Assembly: GCA_040758525.1 (NCBI GenBank)
Contig: JBFLVQ010000001.1
Coordinates: 1 to 53,502, forward strand
Source of the DNA: Acidobacteriota bacterium
GTDB taxonomy: Bacteria > Acidobacteriota > Blastocatellia > Chloracidobacteriales > JADJPF01
DNA: 53,502 nt
Direction of reading: 5' to 3'
Shown piece after piece: positions 8,527 through 17,699 of the stretch. The position numbers and the translations under genes were made by a program. Under the pieces are notes generated by a model, which was not told the DNA's origin, made no database searches, and was given only the letters and a program-made list of their open reading frames with translations. The first letter of the stretch is position 1. Each line of letters starts with the position of its first letter.

Positions 8527-8918
8527 CTTTTATCTTCCTCCAAAGTTTCCATGGTCTGCTCCAATTTCAGGTTAACACGCTGCCAGCGCACGCTTCCTGC
8601 CCAAACAGCAAGTAGAGCGCCAACGCCTAAGGCAAGCGCGACGATCGCTGCCGATGCCCATATCGGCAGCCACACTGCCAACAGAAAGATGAGAAAAGTA
8701 GAACTTGCCAAGAATGCGCCCAGACCTAATAGTGCAGCTAAGGCAAAGAATTTGATGCTATCTGCTGATCGGGTAATCTTCTCTTTTGCTTCCTCCTTGG
8801 CAAGCGTAATCTCGGCACGTACGAGCTGGCTTGATTCGTTGGCAAGCCGCCCTAACAGTTCGCCAAAACCAGGCTTCTCCTTCTCTACCTGCTGGTCTTG
8901 TGTCCTGATAGCTTTCAT
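8490..8918 (-). CDS. Holin-X / YqjE-like (phage holin family, DUF1469-type) two-TM membrane protein
   Basis: LVRAEITLAKEEAKEKI followed by two long hydrophobic spans (FFALAALLGLGAFLASSTFLIFLL, IWASAAIVALALGVGALLAVWAG). This is the pattern of the putative Holin-X family. Confidence 0.5.
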   Translation of the reverse strand: MKAIRTQDQQVEKEKPGFGELLGRLANESSQLVRAEITLAKEEAKEKITRSADSIKFFALAALLGLGAFLASSTFLIFLLAVWLPIWASAAIVALALGVGALLAVWAGSVRWQRVNLKLEQTMETLEEDKRWIKQLESARQS

Positions 8919-8924
8919 AACTTG

Positions 8925-9305
8925 TTACCCCTTTTTGCGTAATAACGCGCCAAGTAACAATCCTGTCCCTAGTCCGACTAGCAGACTACGCTCAGGATTG
9001 CGTTTAATGACGCCTCGCAGGTCATTTTGCATTTGTGTGAAGTCGGCTTTCTTCAGATAGCGCGCTGAGTCATTGAGCACGGCAGCGGTGCGCTCGCCTG
9101 CCGCAACCAACCTAGAAGGCTCTTCTTTTCCCTGCTTCATCTCTCCTGCCTTGTTATGAATCATTCCAGCCAATTGTTCGAGTTGGCTCGATATTTGACC
9201 AGTGACCTTGTTGAAGGTGGATGGTTGGTGGGTAGGTTTCAAATTCGTCTCCAATTCGTCTTGTTCTCTAGAATAGTCTCCTGGAATATTTCGTGCTTCA
9301 GACAT
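8925..9305 (-). CDS. DUF883 (ElaB/YqjD-like) C-tail-anchored membrane protein, second copy
   Basis: Start moved to the ATG at 9305 (AGGAGG with a 9-nt spacer; protein begins MSEARNIPG). The C-terminus is RNPERSLLVGLGTGLLLGALLRKKG. The track ORF start at 9401 would run through the promoter. Confidence 0.55.
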   Translation of the reverse strand: MSEARNIPGDYSREQDELETNLKPTHQPSTFNKVTGQISSQLEQLAGMIHNKAGEMKQGKEEPSRLVAAGERTAAVLNDSARYLKKADFTQMQNDLRGVIKRNPERSLLVGLGTGLLLGALLRKKG

Positions 9306-9357
9306 AGACACGCGCCTCCTTAAATTAAAACTGATGGCTGGTTGTTCTGTAATGAAT

Positions 9358-9374
9358 AGGCAACTGTTATGCCG
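9358..9374 (-). promoter_or_regulatory. Sigma-54 (-24/-12) promoter candidate for the DUF883/holin-X/DUF3618 operon
   Basis: The minus strand reads CGGCATAACAGTTGCCT. The GG-N10-GC spacing and TTGC -12 element are the same as at 6821-6837. The -12 GC lies 55 nt upstream of the ATG at 9305. Confidence 0.55.
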
Positions 9375-9578
9375 TATACAAGAGTGATGAATTTCCTGCA
9401 TTTTTCTACAAACTGCGATAACTTAGCACTACCAGAGTGAGTAGTGTGATACCAACTCTTTCCCTGCTGCTACTCAATATAGGTATTGGTCAACCCATCT
9501 AGATAACCGTAACTGACAGTGGCATAAGGATTGTTTTAAGAAAGTAGTAGACAAGAAAAGTAAAAGGGAAATGACGCT

Positions 9579-10088
9579 ATGATTGTCTTTTCATCCACAG
9601 CGCTTGCCGAATATGAACAGTTACGTGCCCGCTATCCAAGCGCACGTGCAGCATTATTGCCAATACTGTGGCTGGCGCAACGCGAGTTCCAAGTGATTAC
9701 ACCTGCTGTGGCCGACTATTTAGGAGCGCTGTTGGGACTCTCGGGCGCCGATGTTTATAGCGTAGCCAGCTTCTACACAATGCTTAATAAGCAGCCTGTG
9801 GGCAGATATCATCTACAAGTCTGCCATAATGTGACCTGCTTCTTGGGTGGCTGTGAGAGGATATTGGCACACTTGAAAACCCGGCTAGCTGTTACAGAAG
9901 GCAATAGCACGCTAGATGGCAGATTTAGTCTTATTAGTGTGGAATGTTTGGGTGCCTGTGATCTTGCCCCAGTAATACAGATCAATGAGCATTATTATGG
10001 CAAGCTCACACCTACTCGAATCGATGAGATCCTCGCTGAACTGGAGAGAGATGAAAAAATACCAACAAGAGACACGGCTGCTGCTTAA
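9579..10088 (+). CDS. nuoE: NADH-quinone oxidoreductase subunit E (24-kDa 2Fe-2S subunit)
   Basis: Thioredoxin-like 2Fe-2S pattern VCHNVTC (C-x4-C) ... ECLGACDLAP (C-x3-C). Typical NuoE N-terminus YPSARAALLPILWLAQ. Confidence 0.85.
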   Translation: MIVFSSTALAEYEQLRARYPSARAALLPILWLAQREFQVITPAVADYLGALLGLSGADVYSVASFYTMLNKQPVGRYHLQVCHNVTCFLGGCERILAHLKTRLAVTEGNSTLDGRFSLISVECLGACDLAPVIQINEHYYGKLTPTRIDEILAELERDEKIPTRDTAAA

Positions 10089-11361
10089 GAACATAGATCA
10101 ACCAGGACCAGACCGGCTGACCGGCTATTTGGCACAAGGCGGTTATCAAGCACTAGCCCAGGCAGTACAGATGAGCGCTGATCAAATTATAGAAGAGATA
10201 AAGCGCTCAGGACTGCGTGGTCGTGGTGGCGCCGGTTTCCTTACTGGTATGAAGTGGGCCTTTGTGCCACGTAATGGCGCAAAACCTGTCTACCTGTTAT
10301 GTAATGCTGATGAGAGCGAACCTGGCACATTCAAGGATCGTGTCTTGATGGAGTATGATCCACATCTACTCATCGAAGGTATTATTATTAGCTGCCTTGC
10401 CCTTAATTGTCATACTGCCTTTATCTACATACGTGGTGAATATGCTTTCCTGATTGATAAGCTAGTACATGCTATTGATGAGGCGCGCGCGGCAGGCTAT
10501 TTGGGTGAGCAGGTGCTGACACGCCAATTTCCTCTCGATATCATTGTGCACAAGGCTGCAGGGGCCTATATTTGTGGCGAGGAGACCGCTCTTATTGAAT
10601 CCCTAGAGGGCTATCGTGGTTACCCACGTCTACGTCCGCCCTATCCGGCAGTGCATGGTTTATTACAATCACCAACAGTAATAAATAATGTTGAGACGCT
10701 CTGTGCGGTTCCTTGGATTATTCAAAATGGTGCTAATGCCTATGCCGCTTATGGCACTCAGAAGAGTTCAGGCACCAAGCTGATCTCGATAAGTGGCGCG
10801 GTAAATCGGCCCGGTGTTTATGAGATTGAGATGGGCTTTCCTCTACATGATTTTATCTTCACGATTGCTGGTGGCATTACTGCAGGGCGACGACTCAAGG
10901 CAGTAGTTCCAGGTGGTTCATCGGTACCAGTATTACGCGCTGATGAGATTGAGAATATTACTATTGATTACGAGTCAATGATGGCAGCCGGCACAATGCT
11001 AGGCTCTGGTGGTATGATTGTGTTCGATGAGACTGCGCATATGCCTTCTGTCTTACAGGTAATTGCTGGCTTCTATGCGCATGAATCCTGTGGCCAATGC
11101 AGTCCTTGTCGAGAAGGTACAGGCTGGGCCAAGCGTGTACTTGATCGTTTACTGACTGGCCAAGGTCTATCAGGCGATATCGACCTACTTGTAAGGATTG
11201 CCGATATGATGGAGGGTAAGACAATCTGTGCGCTTGCTGATGCTGATGCTATGCCGCTGCGTAGCTTTGTAAAGAAATTCCGCAATGAGTTCGAGGCATT
11301 ACTACCAACATCTCTGCCTACACGCTATCAACGTCTTAAACCTGTTGTGCGCCCTAGTTAA
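10051..11361 (+). CDS. nuoF: NADH-quinone oxidoreductase subunit F (51-kDa FMN/NADH-binding subunit)
   Basis: GLRGRGGAGF, and the N3 4Fe-4S motif ESCGQCSPCREGT plus the later KTICALADA. Start set at the ATG at 10051, immediately preceded by GGAGAGAG (436 aa). It overlaps the nuoE 3' end by 38 nt. Confidence 0.9.
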   Translation: MKKYQQETRLLLKNIDQPGPDRLTGYLAQGGYQALAQAVQMSADQIIEEIKRSGLRGRGGAGFLTGMKWAFVPRNGAKPVYLLCNADESEPGTFKDRVLMEYDPHLLIEGIIISCLALNCHTAFIYIRGEYAFLIDKLVHAIDEARAAGYLGEQVLTRQFPLDIIVHKAAGAYICGEETALIESLEGYRGYPRLRPPYPAVHGLLQSPTVINNVETLCAVPWIIQNGANAYAAYGTQKSSGTKLISISGAVNRPGVYEIEMGFPLHDFIFTIAGGITAGRRLKAVVPGGSSVPVLRADEIENITIDYESMMAAGTMLGSGGMIVFDETAHMPSVLQVIAGFYAHESCGQCSPCREGTGWAKRVLDRLLTGQGLSGDIDLLVRIADMMEGKTICALADADAMPLRSFVKKFRNEFEALLPTSLPTRYQRLKPVVRPS

Positions 11362-11369
11362 TATAGGGA

Positions 11370-11401
11370 CTCTTACTAAGTAAGAGGGAAATTTCTCTTA
11401 C
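11370..11401 (+). terminator. Three-arm hairpin element after nuoF (two mutually exclusive stems)
   Basis: ctcttac (11370-11376) taa gtaagag (11380-11386) ggaaattt ctcttac (11395-11401). The central arm can pair with either flank. The element starts 9 nt after the nuoF stop. Confidence 0.3.
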
Positions 11402-11550
11402 CATTGTTACAAAATTGGTAAAAATTAGTAGAACTTCTCTCAACAGTGTTAAGCAACCTCTTGCGAGACAACGATAGACTGCTAAAATAGTGCTTACCTT
11501 TTTTGTCAAGCTTACAACTATCTAAAAGATCTGTGTTGCCGGGAGCATAT

Positions 11551-13041
11551 ATGACCTCATCTGCAGAAAGCCCGGGCGAAGCCAATCCGGCACGCCGTGA
11601 AGCAACCAACTACTTTATGCAGGCTCGCTCTGCACTTAAGAATGGCGAGGTGAACACGGCAGAAAAATTGCTGCGACGTGCCCTTACGCTTTGGCCAGAC
11701 AACTATAATTACTTGCTACAGCTTGCCAAACTCTTTATACAGGTTGGCAAGGATGAAGGTGAGATCGAGCAGTTGCTACGCCAAAGTAGTAGTCTCAATC
11801 TACTTGCCACAGAACCACGTCTGCTGCTCGCTACGCAATATGAGAAGCTAGGCCAACTAGAGAAAGCGGTAGCAATTTATAAAGGTGTGCTTAATATTGA
11901 TCCCGATAACCTGATCGTACGCCGCCGTTTTCGCCAATTAGAGATCGAGCTAGGTCCAGGCATGAGCCTTGCCACACTCTCAGCACATATACCTGCTGGC
12001 CAGATTGAATTGGCCACTGAACCTATCGCTGCCGTGCCAGCACTACAACCAGCTCTACCAGAAGAGAAAACTCCTGAGCCGCAGCAAAAGACATATACCG
12101 TCGAGGTTACAGAGTATGTAACAGGAGCACTTAGCAAATCTGTGACCGATCCTATGAACGAAACAATGATCGATATACCAACGCTGCTGCCTATAGACAG
12201 TCTGCCCAGCGTAGAGAAAGAGCGACCAGCGCAGGAAGAGCCAAAGGTGTTGGGGAGTAAAGAGCTTGCTAATCAAAGTGACAACGCTTGGAATGCATTA
12301 CTAGAATCGATCCATCACGACTCTGAAATGTTCGAAGTTGATGGGAGTATGCCGCTTAATGTGGGTATCTCTTATATGGAGATGGGCTTCTACCAAGACG
12401 CGATTGAAGAACTGCAGCAAGCTTATCAACTCTACGCAAAGAAGGAAGATCCTGAACAGAAGCGTTGCTGTCGTCTACTTGTTGACTGTTACCTAGCGCT
12501 AGAACAGTACCAGCAAGCCGCTGAATGGAGCGAGCGAGCACTTACCCTTTGCTCCCGCAATAGTGAGGAAGGATTGGCACTCATACATGAGCTAGTCAAT
12601 ATTTATGAGCGTCTAGGCGACCGTAGTACTGTCGCCAAGCTAGTATCAGAACTGTCTGCCAGTGCGCCTGACTACCTTGATGATGCCGCTGCTCATACTA
12701 CCAGTGAAAATCCTGTCTTGGCCACACGTTTTGCGTTACGCCCTCTGCGTGGTGTAAATAGCACAGATCTTCTGCTTGATCACAAGCAAGGTGAGATTAC
12801 CATAGGGCGTGGCCCTCAAAATAATATTCAGATTGGTTCTGCGCGAATTTCGAAAAAGCATGCGCTACTACGCTTTACTGATAATGGTATCTTTCTCGTC
12901 AATTTCAGCCACACCAATGGTACATTTTTGAATGGTAATCGATTAGAAATAGATCGTGAATATCGGCTTGAAATTGGTGATCAGATCGGTCTAGGCCGAT
13001 CCATTGAACTACAATTGATCGAGATCGACGTGCCTGTTTAA
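11551..13041 (+). CDS. TPR-repeat protein with C-terminal FHA domain
   Basis: TPR-like helices are present at the N-terminus and mid-protein. C-terminal FHA: ITIGRGPQNNIQIGSARISKKHALLRF...SHTNGTFLNGNRL. Start set at the ATG at 11551 (GGGAG with a 5-nt spacer) rather than the TTG at 11503. Confidence 0.85.
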   Translation: MTSSAESPGEANPARREATNYFMQARSALKNGEVNTAEKLLRRALTLWPDNYNYLLQLAKLFIQVGKDEGEIEQLLRQSSSLNLLATEPRLLLATQYEKLGQLEKAVAIYKGVLNIDPDNLIVRRRFRQLEIELGPGMSLATLSAHIPAGQIELATEPIAAVPALQPALPEEKTPEPQQKTYTVEVTEYVTGALSKSVTDPMNETMIDIPTLLPIDSLPSVEKERPAQEEPKVLGSKELANQSDNAWNALLESIHHDSEMFEVDGSMPLNVGISYMEMGFYQDAIEELQQAYQLYAKKEDPEQKRCCRLLVDCYLALEQYQQAAEWSERALTLCSRNSEEGLALIHELVNIYERLGDRSTVAKLVSELSASAPDYLDDAAAHTTSENPVLATRFALRPLRGVNSTDLLLDHKQGEITIGRGPQNNIQIGSARISKKHALLRFTDNGIFLVNFSHTNGTFLNGNRLEIDREYRLEIGDQIGLGRSIELQLIEIDVPV

Positions 13042-13053
13042 CACCACCTAGCG

Positions 13054-16000
13054 TTATCTACCGACAGGTTCGCCAACCAGTACAAAGGCGGCCCACTGTG
13101 AGGGCTCTTTGTACTTCTCGCGGGTCTTCAATACAGCTTTGCGAAAGCTATCCGCAACATCATTGGACTTCTTAAGTCGCTCATAGAAATTCTTGGCAAA
13201 TAGTATTGTTGTATTGGGATCAACATTCCAGAGTGTGTATACTGCCGATGCACAGCCAGCCAGCATTAATGAGTGTGAGAAGGCGGCCAAGCCCTCACCA
13301 GTAGTAGGACTGAAACCGGCTTGGACAGCAGGAATGACAATAAGATCGGTATTCAACTCCCAGCTCTGCAACTCACCAGCAGTAAGCAGACCATTGTTGA
13401 TAGTCTGTCCTTGCTCATTAATCTCTGGTGAAAGTATCAACGCGCTTTCCAGTGGCTGTTGATCATCCATATAAGCATAGGCGATCAAATGCACGTACTG
13501 TTTTCCACTGGCTTGCTCACGCAACAACATCTTCGTCACTTGCTCGCCTTTAATAAATTTTGTCTTGAGATCTTCAGCTACTGCTTTTAATTCCTCTCGT
13601 GTCCCATTTAGTTCAGGGAATGGTCTACCATTGAGCATAGTAGCAATAGGGTCGCCTATTACTAGGCTGCCGGCATGCGGCTGGTTATCACGACGACGTG
13701 ACTGATCCAACATTAGACTTACAGAAGGAGCAGTAAAGACTTGTAGACGTTCTATCAAGGGGCGGCCTTGTTCATCACGTAGATCGGTAAAAGGAACGGT
13801 AGCCAATCTTCCTGGTGCGATAATCAGCAGACGAGAGTCTTTTTCGGTAGGCAATGCTGCGGCAATCGTGTCAGGAAAGAAAAGTTCGTAGAGGCTCTTA
13901 AGATTCAGTTGCGCAAGTATCTGTTCAGTACCATTGGTGGCCGAGACAGATTCAGTTACGGCTGGCATGCCTAGTGCCTCACGCAATTTTTCGATACGCA
14001 TATTCTTGGGTTCAAGAGCCGCGCGCCATTCCGTCAAGATCGTTTCAAGTTGTCCTGGCTTGATTACACGCGTCTGCCCAAGAATACCTCCGGCTGGTTT
14101 CACCATCCAGATAGTTAACCCTTTTTGCGTAGGCATAAGCTCAACTACTGTAGTGTTCAGTCGTACAGCAACCTGCTGTATATCTTCCACAGTTGCTGGC
14201 GCTAGCCGCAGTGGTCCTTTCCCACTAGTCTTATTTGTTGTACCTGCCGCCAAATTTAGTGTGTATAAGTTATAGACTAGCGCACGCTCGGCTACGGCAA
14301 GGGCAGGAGTAAATAACTGTCGTTGTGTTAATGCATCAACATAATTCTGATAAATGGCTGTGGGGGTAATAAAACCTGGCAATGGTTCACGTGGTGGTAG
14401 CACACCTGGGTTGGTCTCAATACTTCTCAGCGCAGATTCAAAATAGTTCTGTACATCTCGCCAGTTACCCAGTTGGCGTGCCAATTCTGCTAGACCATAG
14501 TAGCAGGAATATTCGCCGGCACCCTCTTTTGCTTCGCCAAACAGAACCAGTGCCTGTTGATAGCTCGATTGCGCTTCTGCAGCACTATTAAGCGCACGTT
14601 GTGAAGTTGCTAGCAACAGCGTTGCTATTGCCTCGCCATTCTTGTCTTTTGCTGTACGCTTAAGCTCACGTACACGTATTGCATATTCTGCTGACTTCTC
14701 ATACTGACCACGTGCATAAGAGATCGCACTTAAGGCAGTAAGCAATGGATCTATACTACCTAGCTCAGAATTAGCATCATTCATCGCCAGCGCTTGTTCT
14801 AAATAAGGGAGCGCACGATCATACTGGGCAAGGGTACGATATGCTGCAGCAATACCGATTAGCGCATTATATTCACCACGTCGGTCCTTAATTTCGCGTA
14901 ATACCGCGAGCGATTTTTCATAGACATCAACAGCCTCCCGCAAGTTTGTTTGTGTACGGTAGGTCATGCCTAGTCCACTCAGTGCAATCGCTTCACCACG
15001 CCGATCCTTAATCTCACGACAGATCAGAAGCATCTGCTGGTAGTTTGAGATTGCCCTTGGTAATTGGCCAAGGGTACGTAAGCACTGCGCCATTCCATTC
15101 AGTGTATAAGCTTCGCCACGCCGATCCTTCAACTCACGTCGTATTGCCAATGTCTGCTCATAGAAAGTCACAGCTTTTGTGCAGTCACCGAGAAACCGGT
15201 AGCCATCTGCAACCGCTGCTAATGTTACTGCTTCTAGGGTACGCTCCTTAATCTCACGGCTTACTGCAAGCGCCTTTTCGTAGAATGGCAAAGCACGCTC
15301 ATACTGTTCTAATACTCGATAACAATCGGCGAGACCAAGTAATGAGTAGCCTTCTCCTGCACGGTTATTGGTTTCACGACTACAAGCAAGCGCTTGCTCA
15401 TAATTAGCAAGCGCCTCCTTGGGACGATTAAGAAAGCGATATGATTGTGCAATACCAAAAAGCGCCAATCCTTCCCCACGCCGATCCTTCTCTTCACGTC
15501 GCAAAACCAGTGTCTGCTGATAGTAATCAAGCGCCTTCTCTGGTTCATCAACAGCCTGATATGCATCTGCCAGCGCGTTTATTGTAACTGCTTCACTGGC
15601 GCGATCCTGGATCTCGCGTTGTAACATGAGTGCCTGTTCCAAGTAAGGGAGTGCGCGTTGATATTCATCATCACGTAGCAGACCTCGCGCAACCGTGAAA
15701 TAGGCTTTTGCTAAGGCAAACTTATCTCCTGCTTTCTGCGCTACTGTGACAGCCGTCTCGGCAGCTTTAAGAGCATCGGCATCACGGCGCAATTCAAGCA
15801 ACCGCGCTAGCTTGGCAATCTGTAACTCGCTCATCCAGGCCGGCTCGGGAGCAGCGCGTAGCAGTCGCTCAAAATATTCCAAATCTGCATTCAACTTCTC
15901 CATACCGGTCTTTACTGGTGTTTCACCTTCCACCACGCTTAAGCGATAACGGCCACCTCGTTGCTGCCAGATTGCCGCAGCCTCAATGTAGTAGCGACCA

Positions 16001-16314
16001 TCCTGGGGTAACTTAATAAAAATTCGCGCATTCAGTCCGGGACCACTATTGTCGTCACTGGCAATTATATTGCCGTTAGCGCCTAAGAGCCTTAAGACAG
16101 GATCGAATTCATCTGAATTCATCTCAATAGTGATAGGCTGCCCAATCCGTCCAATACTCTCCCAACGCTCTAAAGGAGCGCCTTCGCCCTTTACATCACC
16201 TTTATCTACACGACTCTCTAAGGTCTGATTAATTGCAATCGGTCTGTTTTCAACGGCCATTGCCCTGCCCTGCCAAGACAGTAACAATAACGCTAAGGCC
16301 AATGTTGCGCGCAT
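13054..16314 (-). CDS. Secreted TPR-repeat CHAT-domain protein (CHAT catalytic dyad apparently substituted)
   Basis: Signal peptide MRATLALALLLLSWQGRAMA. N-terminal pre-peptidase-C-terminal-like beta domain (LRLLGANGNIIASDDNSGPGLNARIFIKLPQDGRYYIEA). About 10 or more TPR units with a recurring REIKDRRGEA motif. C-terminal CHAT-like region ...YVHLIAYAYMD...LIVIPAVQAG...GEGLAAFSHSLMLAGCASAVYTLWNVD. Confidence 0.85.
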   Translation of the reverse strand: MRATLALALLLLSWQGRAMAVENRPIAINQTLESRVDKGDVKGEGAPLERWESIGRIGQPITIEMNSDEFDPVLRLLGANGNIIASDDNSGPGLNARIFIKLPQDGRYYIEAAAIWQQRGGRYRLSVVEGETPVKTGMEKLNADLEYFERLLRAAPEPAWMSELQIAKLARLLELRRDADALKAAETAVTVAQKAGDKFALAKAYFTVARGLLRDDEYQRALPYLEQALMLQREIQDRASEAVTINALADAYQAVDEPEKALDYYQQTLVLRREEKDRRGEGLALFGIAQSYRFLNRPKEALANYEQALACSRETNNRAGEGYSLLGLADCYRVLEQYERALPFYEKALAVSREIKERTLEAVTLAAVADGYRFLGDCTKAVTFYEQTLAIRRELKDRRGEAYTLNGMAQCLRTLGQLPRAISNYQQMLLICREIKDRRGEAIALSGLGMTYRTQTNLREAVDVYEKSLAVLREIKDRRGEYNALIGIAAAYRTLAQYDRALPYLEQALAMNDANSELGSIDPLLTALSAISYARGQYEKSAEYAIRVRELKRTAKDKNGEAIATLLLATSQRALNSAAEAQSSYQQALVLFGEAKEGAGEYSCYYGLAELARQLGNWRDVQNYFESALRSIETNPGVLPPREPLPGFITPTAIYQNYVDALTQRQLFTPALAVAERALVYNLYTLNLAAGTTNKTSGKGPLRLAPATVEDIQQVAVRLNTTVVELMPTQKGLTIWMVKPAGGILGQTRVIKPGQLETILTEWRAALEPKNMRIEKLREALGMPAVTESVSATNGTEQILAQLNLKSLYELFFPDTIAAALPTEKDSRLLIIAPGRLATVPFTDLRDEQGRPLIERLQVFTAPSVSLMLDQSRRRDNQPHAGSLVIGDPIATMLNGRPFPELNGTREELKAVAEDLKTKFIKGEQVTKMLLREQASGKQYVHLIAYAYMDDQQPLESALILSPEINEQGQTINNGLLTAGELQSWELNTDLIVIPAVQAGFSPTTGEGLAAFSHSLMLAGCASAVYTLWNVDPNTTILFAKNFYERLKKSNDVADSFRKAVLKTREKYKEPSQWAAFVLVGEPVGR

Positions 16315-16526
16315 AATCTCCTCACTAAATTCTTGCGATTTGTCAGGATTATAACCGGTATAGCAGGTAAATAGAAGTATACCAGCACCACACTTAAATT
16401 CAGCCTAGACTACTGCAGCGGTAACAGTAGGCTGTCAGAGGATTGCCCTAGCTGCGGTTTTCCAATATCATTGTGATTCTTCTTTGAGTACGAAATTAAC
16501 TCAATAAACTTTTACAAGAGGAGTTT

Positions 16527-17684
16527 ATGGAAGCAATTAGACCGCATGGTGGTACGCTTATCAATCGTGAAGTCAGTGGTACACAACGAGAGGAATTGAT
16601 CGCACGAGCTGCGAAGATGCCCCGCATTATGCTGAATCTGCGTGAAGTCTCGGATCTAGAAATGATCGCCATAGGCGCTTTCTCGCCGCTTACAGGCTTT
16701 ATGTGTCGTGCTGACTATGAGAGTACCCGTGACCACAAACACTTAGCGAATGGACTACCTTGGACTATTCCTATTACCCTCTCAGCACACCCTGAGGAGG
16801 CGGAACAGTTTCGCGAGGGCCAAGAGATCGCCCTATATCAGGAGAGTAGTGATCACCTGCTGGGTGTACTTAACCTAACAGAGAAGTTTAACTATGACAA
16901 AGAGCGTGAGGCAAAAGCTGTCTATTTAACCACAGAGGAGGCACATCCAGGGGTAAGCGCGCTCTATCGCCAGAGCCAAATACTCTTAGGCGGCCCGGTA
17001 CAAGTAGTCAATCGCCCCCTTAATGCTCCTTTTCAATCCTATCGCCGTACCCCTGCAGAGACACGTGCAATCTTCTCGCAGAAGGGTTGGCGACGTATTG
17101 TTGCCTTCCAAACCCGCAATCCTGTGCACCGTGCACATGAATACATACAAAAATGTGCTCTTGAGATTGTTGATGGCTTGCTGCTACATCCGCTTGTGGG
17201 AGAGACGAAATCTGATGATATCCCCGCCGATGTACGTATGCGCTGTTATGAGGTGCTATTAGAAAAGTACTATCCCAAAGACCGTACGCTACTCTCGGTA
17301 CTGCCTGCGGCAATGCGCTATGCTGGCCCACGTGAAGCAATCTTTCATGCCATTATGCGCAAAAATTATGGCTGTACACACTTTATTGTTGGTCGGGATC
17401 ATGCTGGCGTAGGAAACTATTACGGCACCTATGATGCCCATTATATCTTCGATGAGTTTGATAGTAAGGCGCTTGAGATTACCCCGCTGTTTTTTGAGCA
17501 TACTTTTTATTGTCGGCAATGTGGAGCAATGGCCTCCTCAAAGACCTGCCCACATACCAGCGATCAACATGTTATCTTAAGCGGTACAAAAGTGCGTAGT
17601 ATGCTACAAGCAGGCGAGATTCCTCCAGTAGAGTTTACTCGCCCTGAGGTTGCTGAGATTCTTATTGCTGCGATGCAGAAATAG
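16527..17684 (+). CDS. sat: Sulfate adenylyltransferase (ATP sulfurylase)
   Basis: [12 protein letters not shown] and [13 protein letters not shown] motifs. 385 aa. GAGGAG lies upstream of the ATG. Confidence 0.92.
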   Translation: MEAIRPHGGTLINREVSGTQREELIARAAKMPRIMLNLREVSDLEMIAIGAFSPLTGFMCRADYESTRDHKHLANGLPWTIPITLSAHPEEAEQFREGQEIALYQESSDHLLGVLNLTEKFNYDKEREAKAVYLTTEEAHPGVSALYRQSQILLGGPVQVVNRPLNAPFQSYRRTPAETRAIFSQKGWRRIVAFQTRNPVHRAHEYIQKCALEIVDGLLLHPLVGETKSDDIPADVRMRCYEVLLEKYYPKDRTLLSVLPAAMRYAGPREAIFHAIMRKNYGCTHFIVGRDHAGVGNYYGTYDAHYIFDEFDSKALEITPLFFEHTFYCRQCGAMASSKTCPHTSDQHVILSGTKVRSMLQAGEIPPVEFTRPEVAEILIAAMQK

Positions 17685-17699
17685 CTGGTAATTACATTT

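Noticed and set aside
8431-9060. 209-aa plus-strand ORF across the DUF883/holin-X genes
   Set aside because: It is antisense to three tightly coupled minus-strand genes that have SD sites and recognisable tail-anchor and TM patterns. The plus-frame product is Ser/Ala/Arg-rich with no features.
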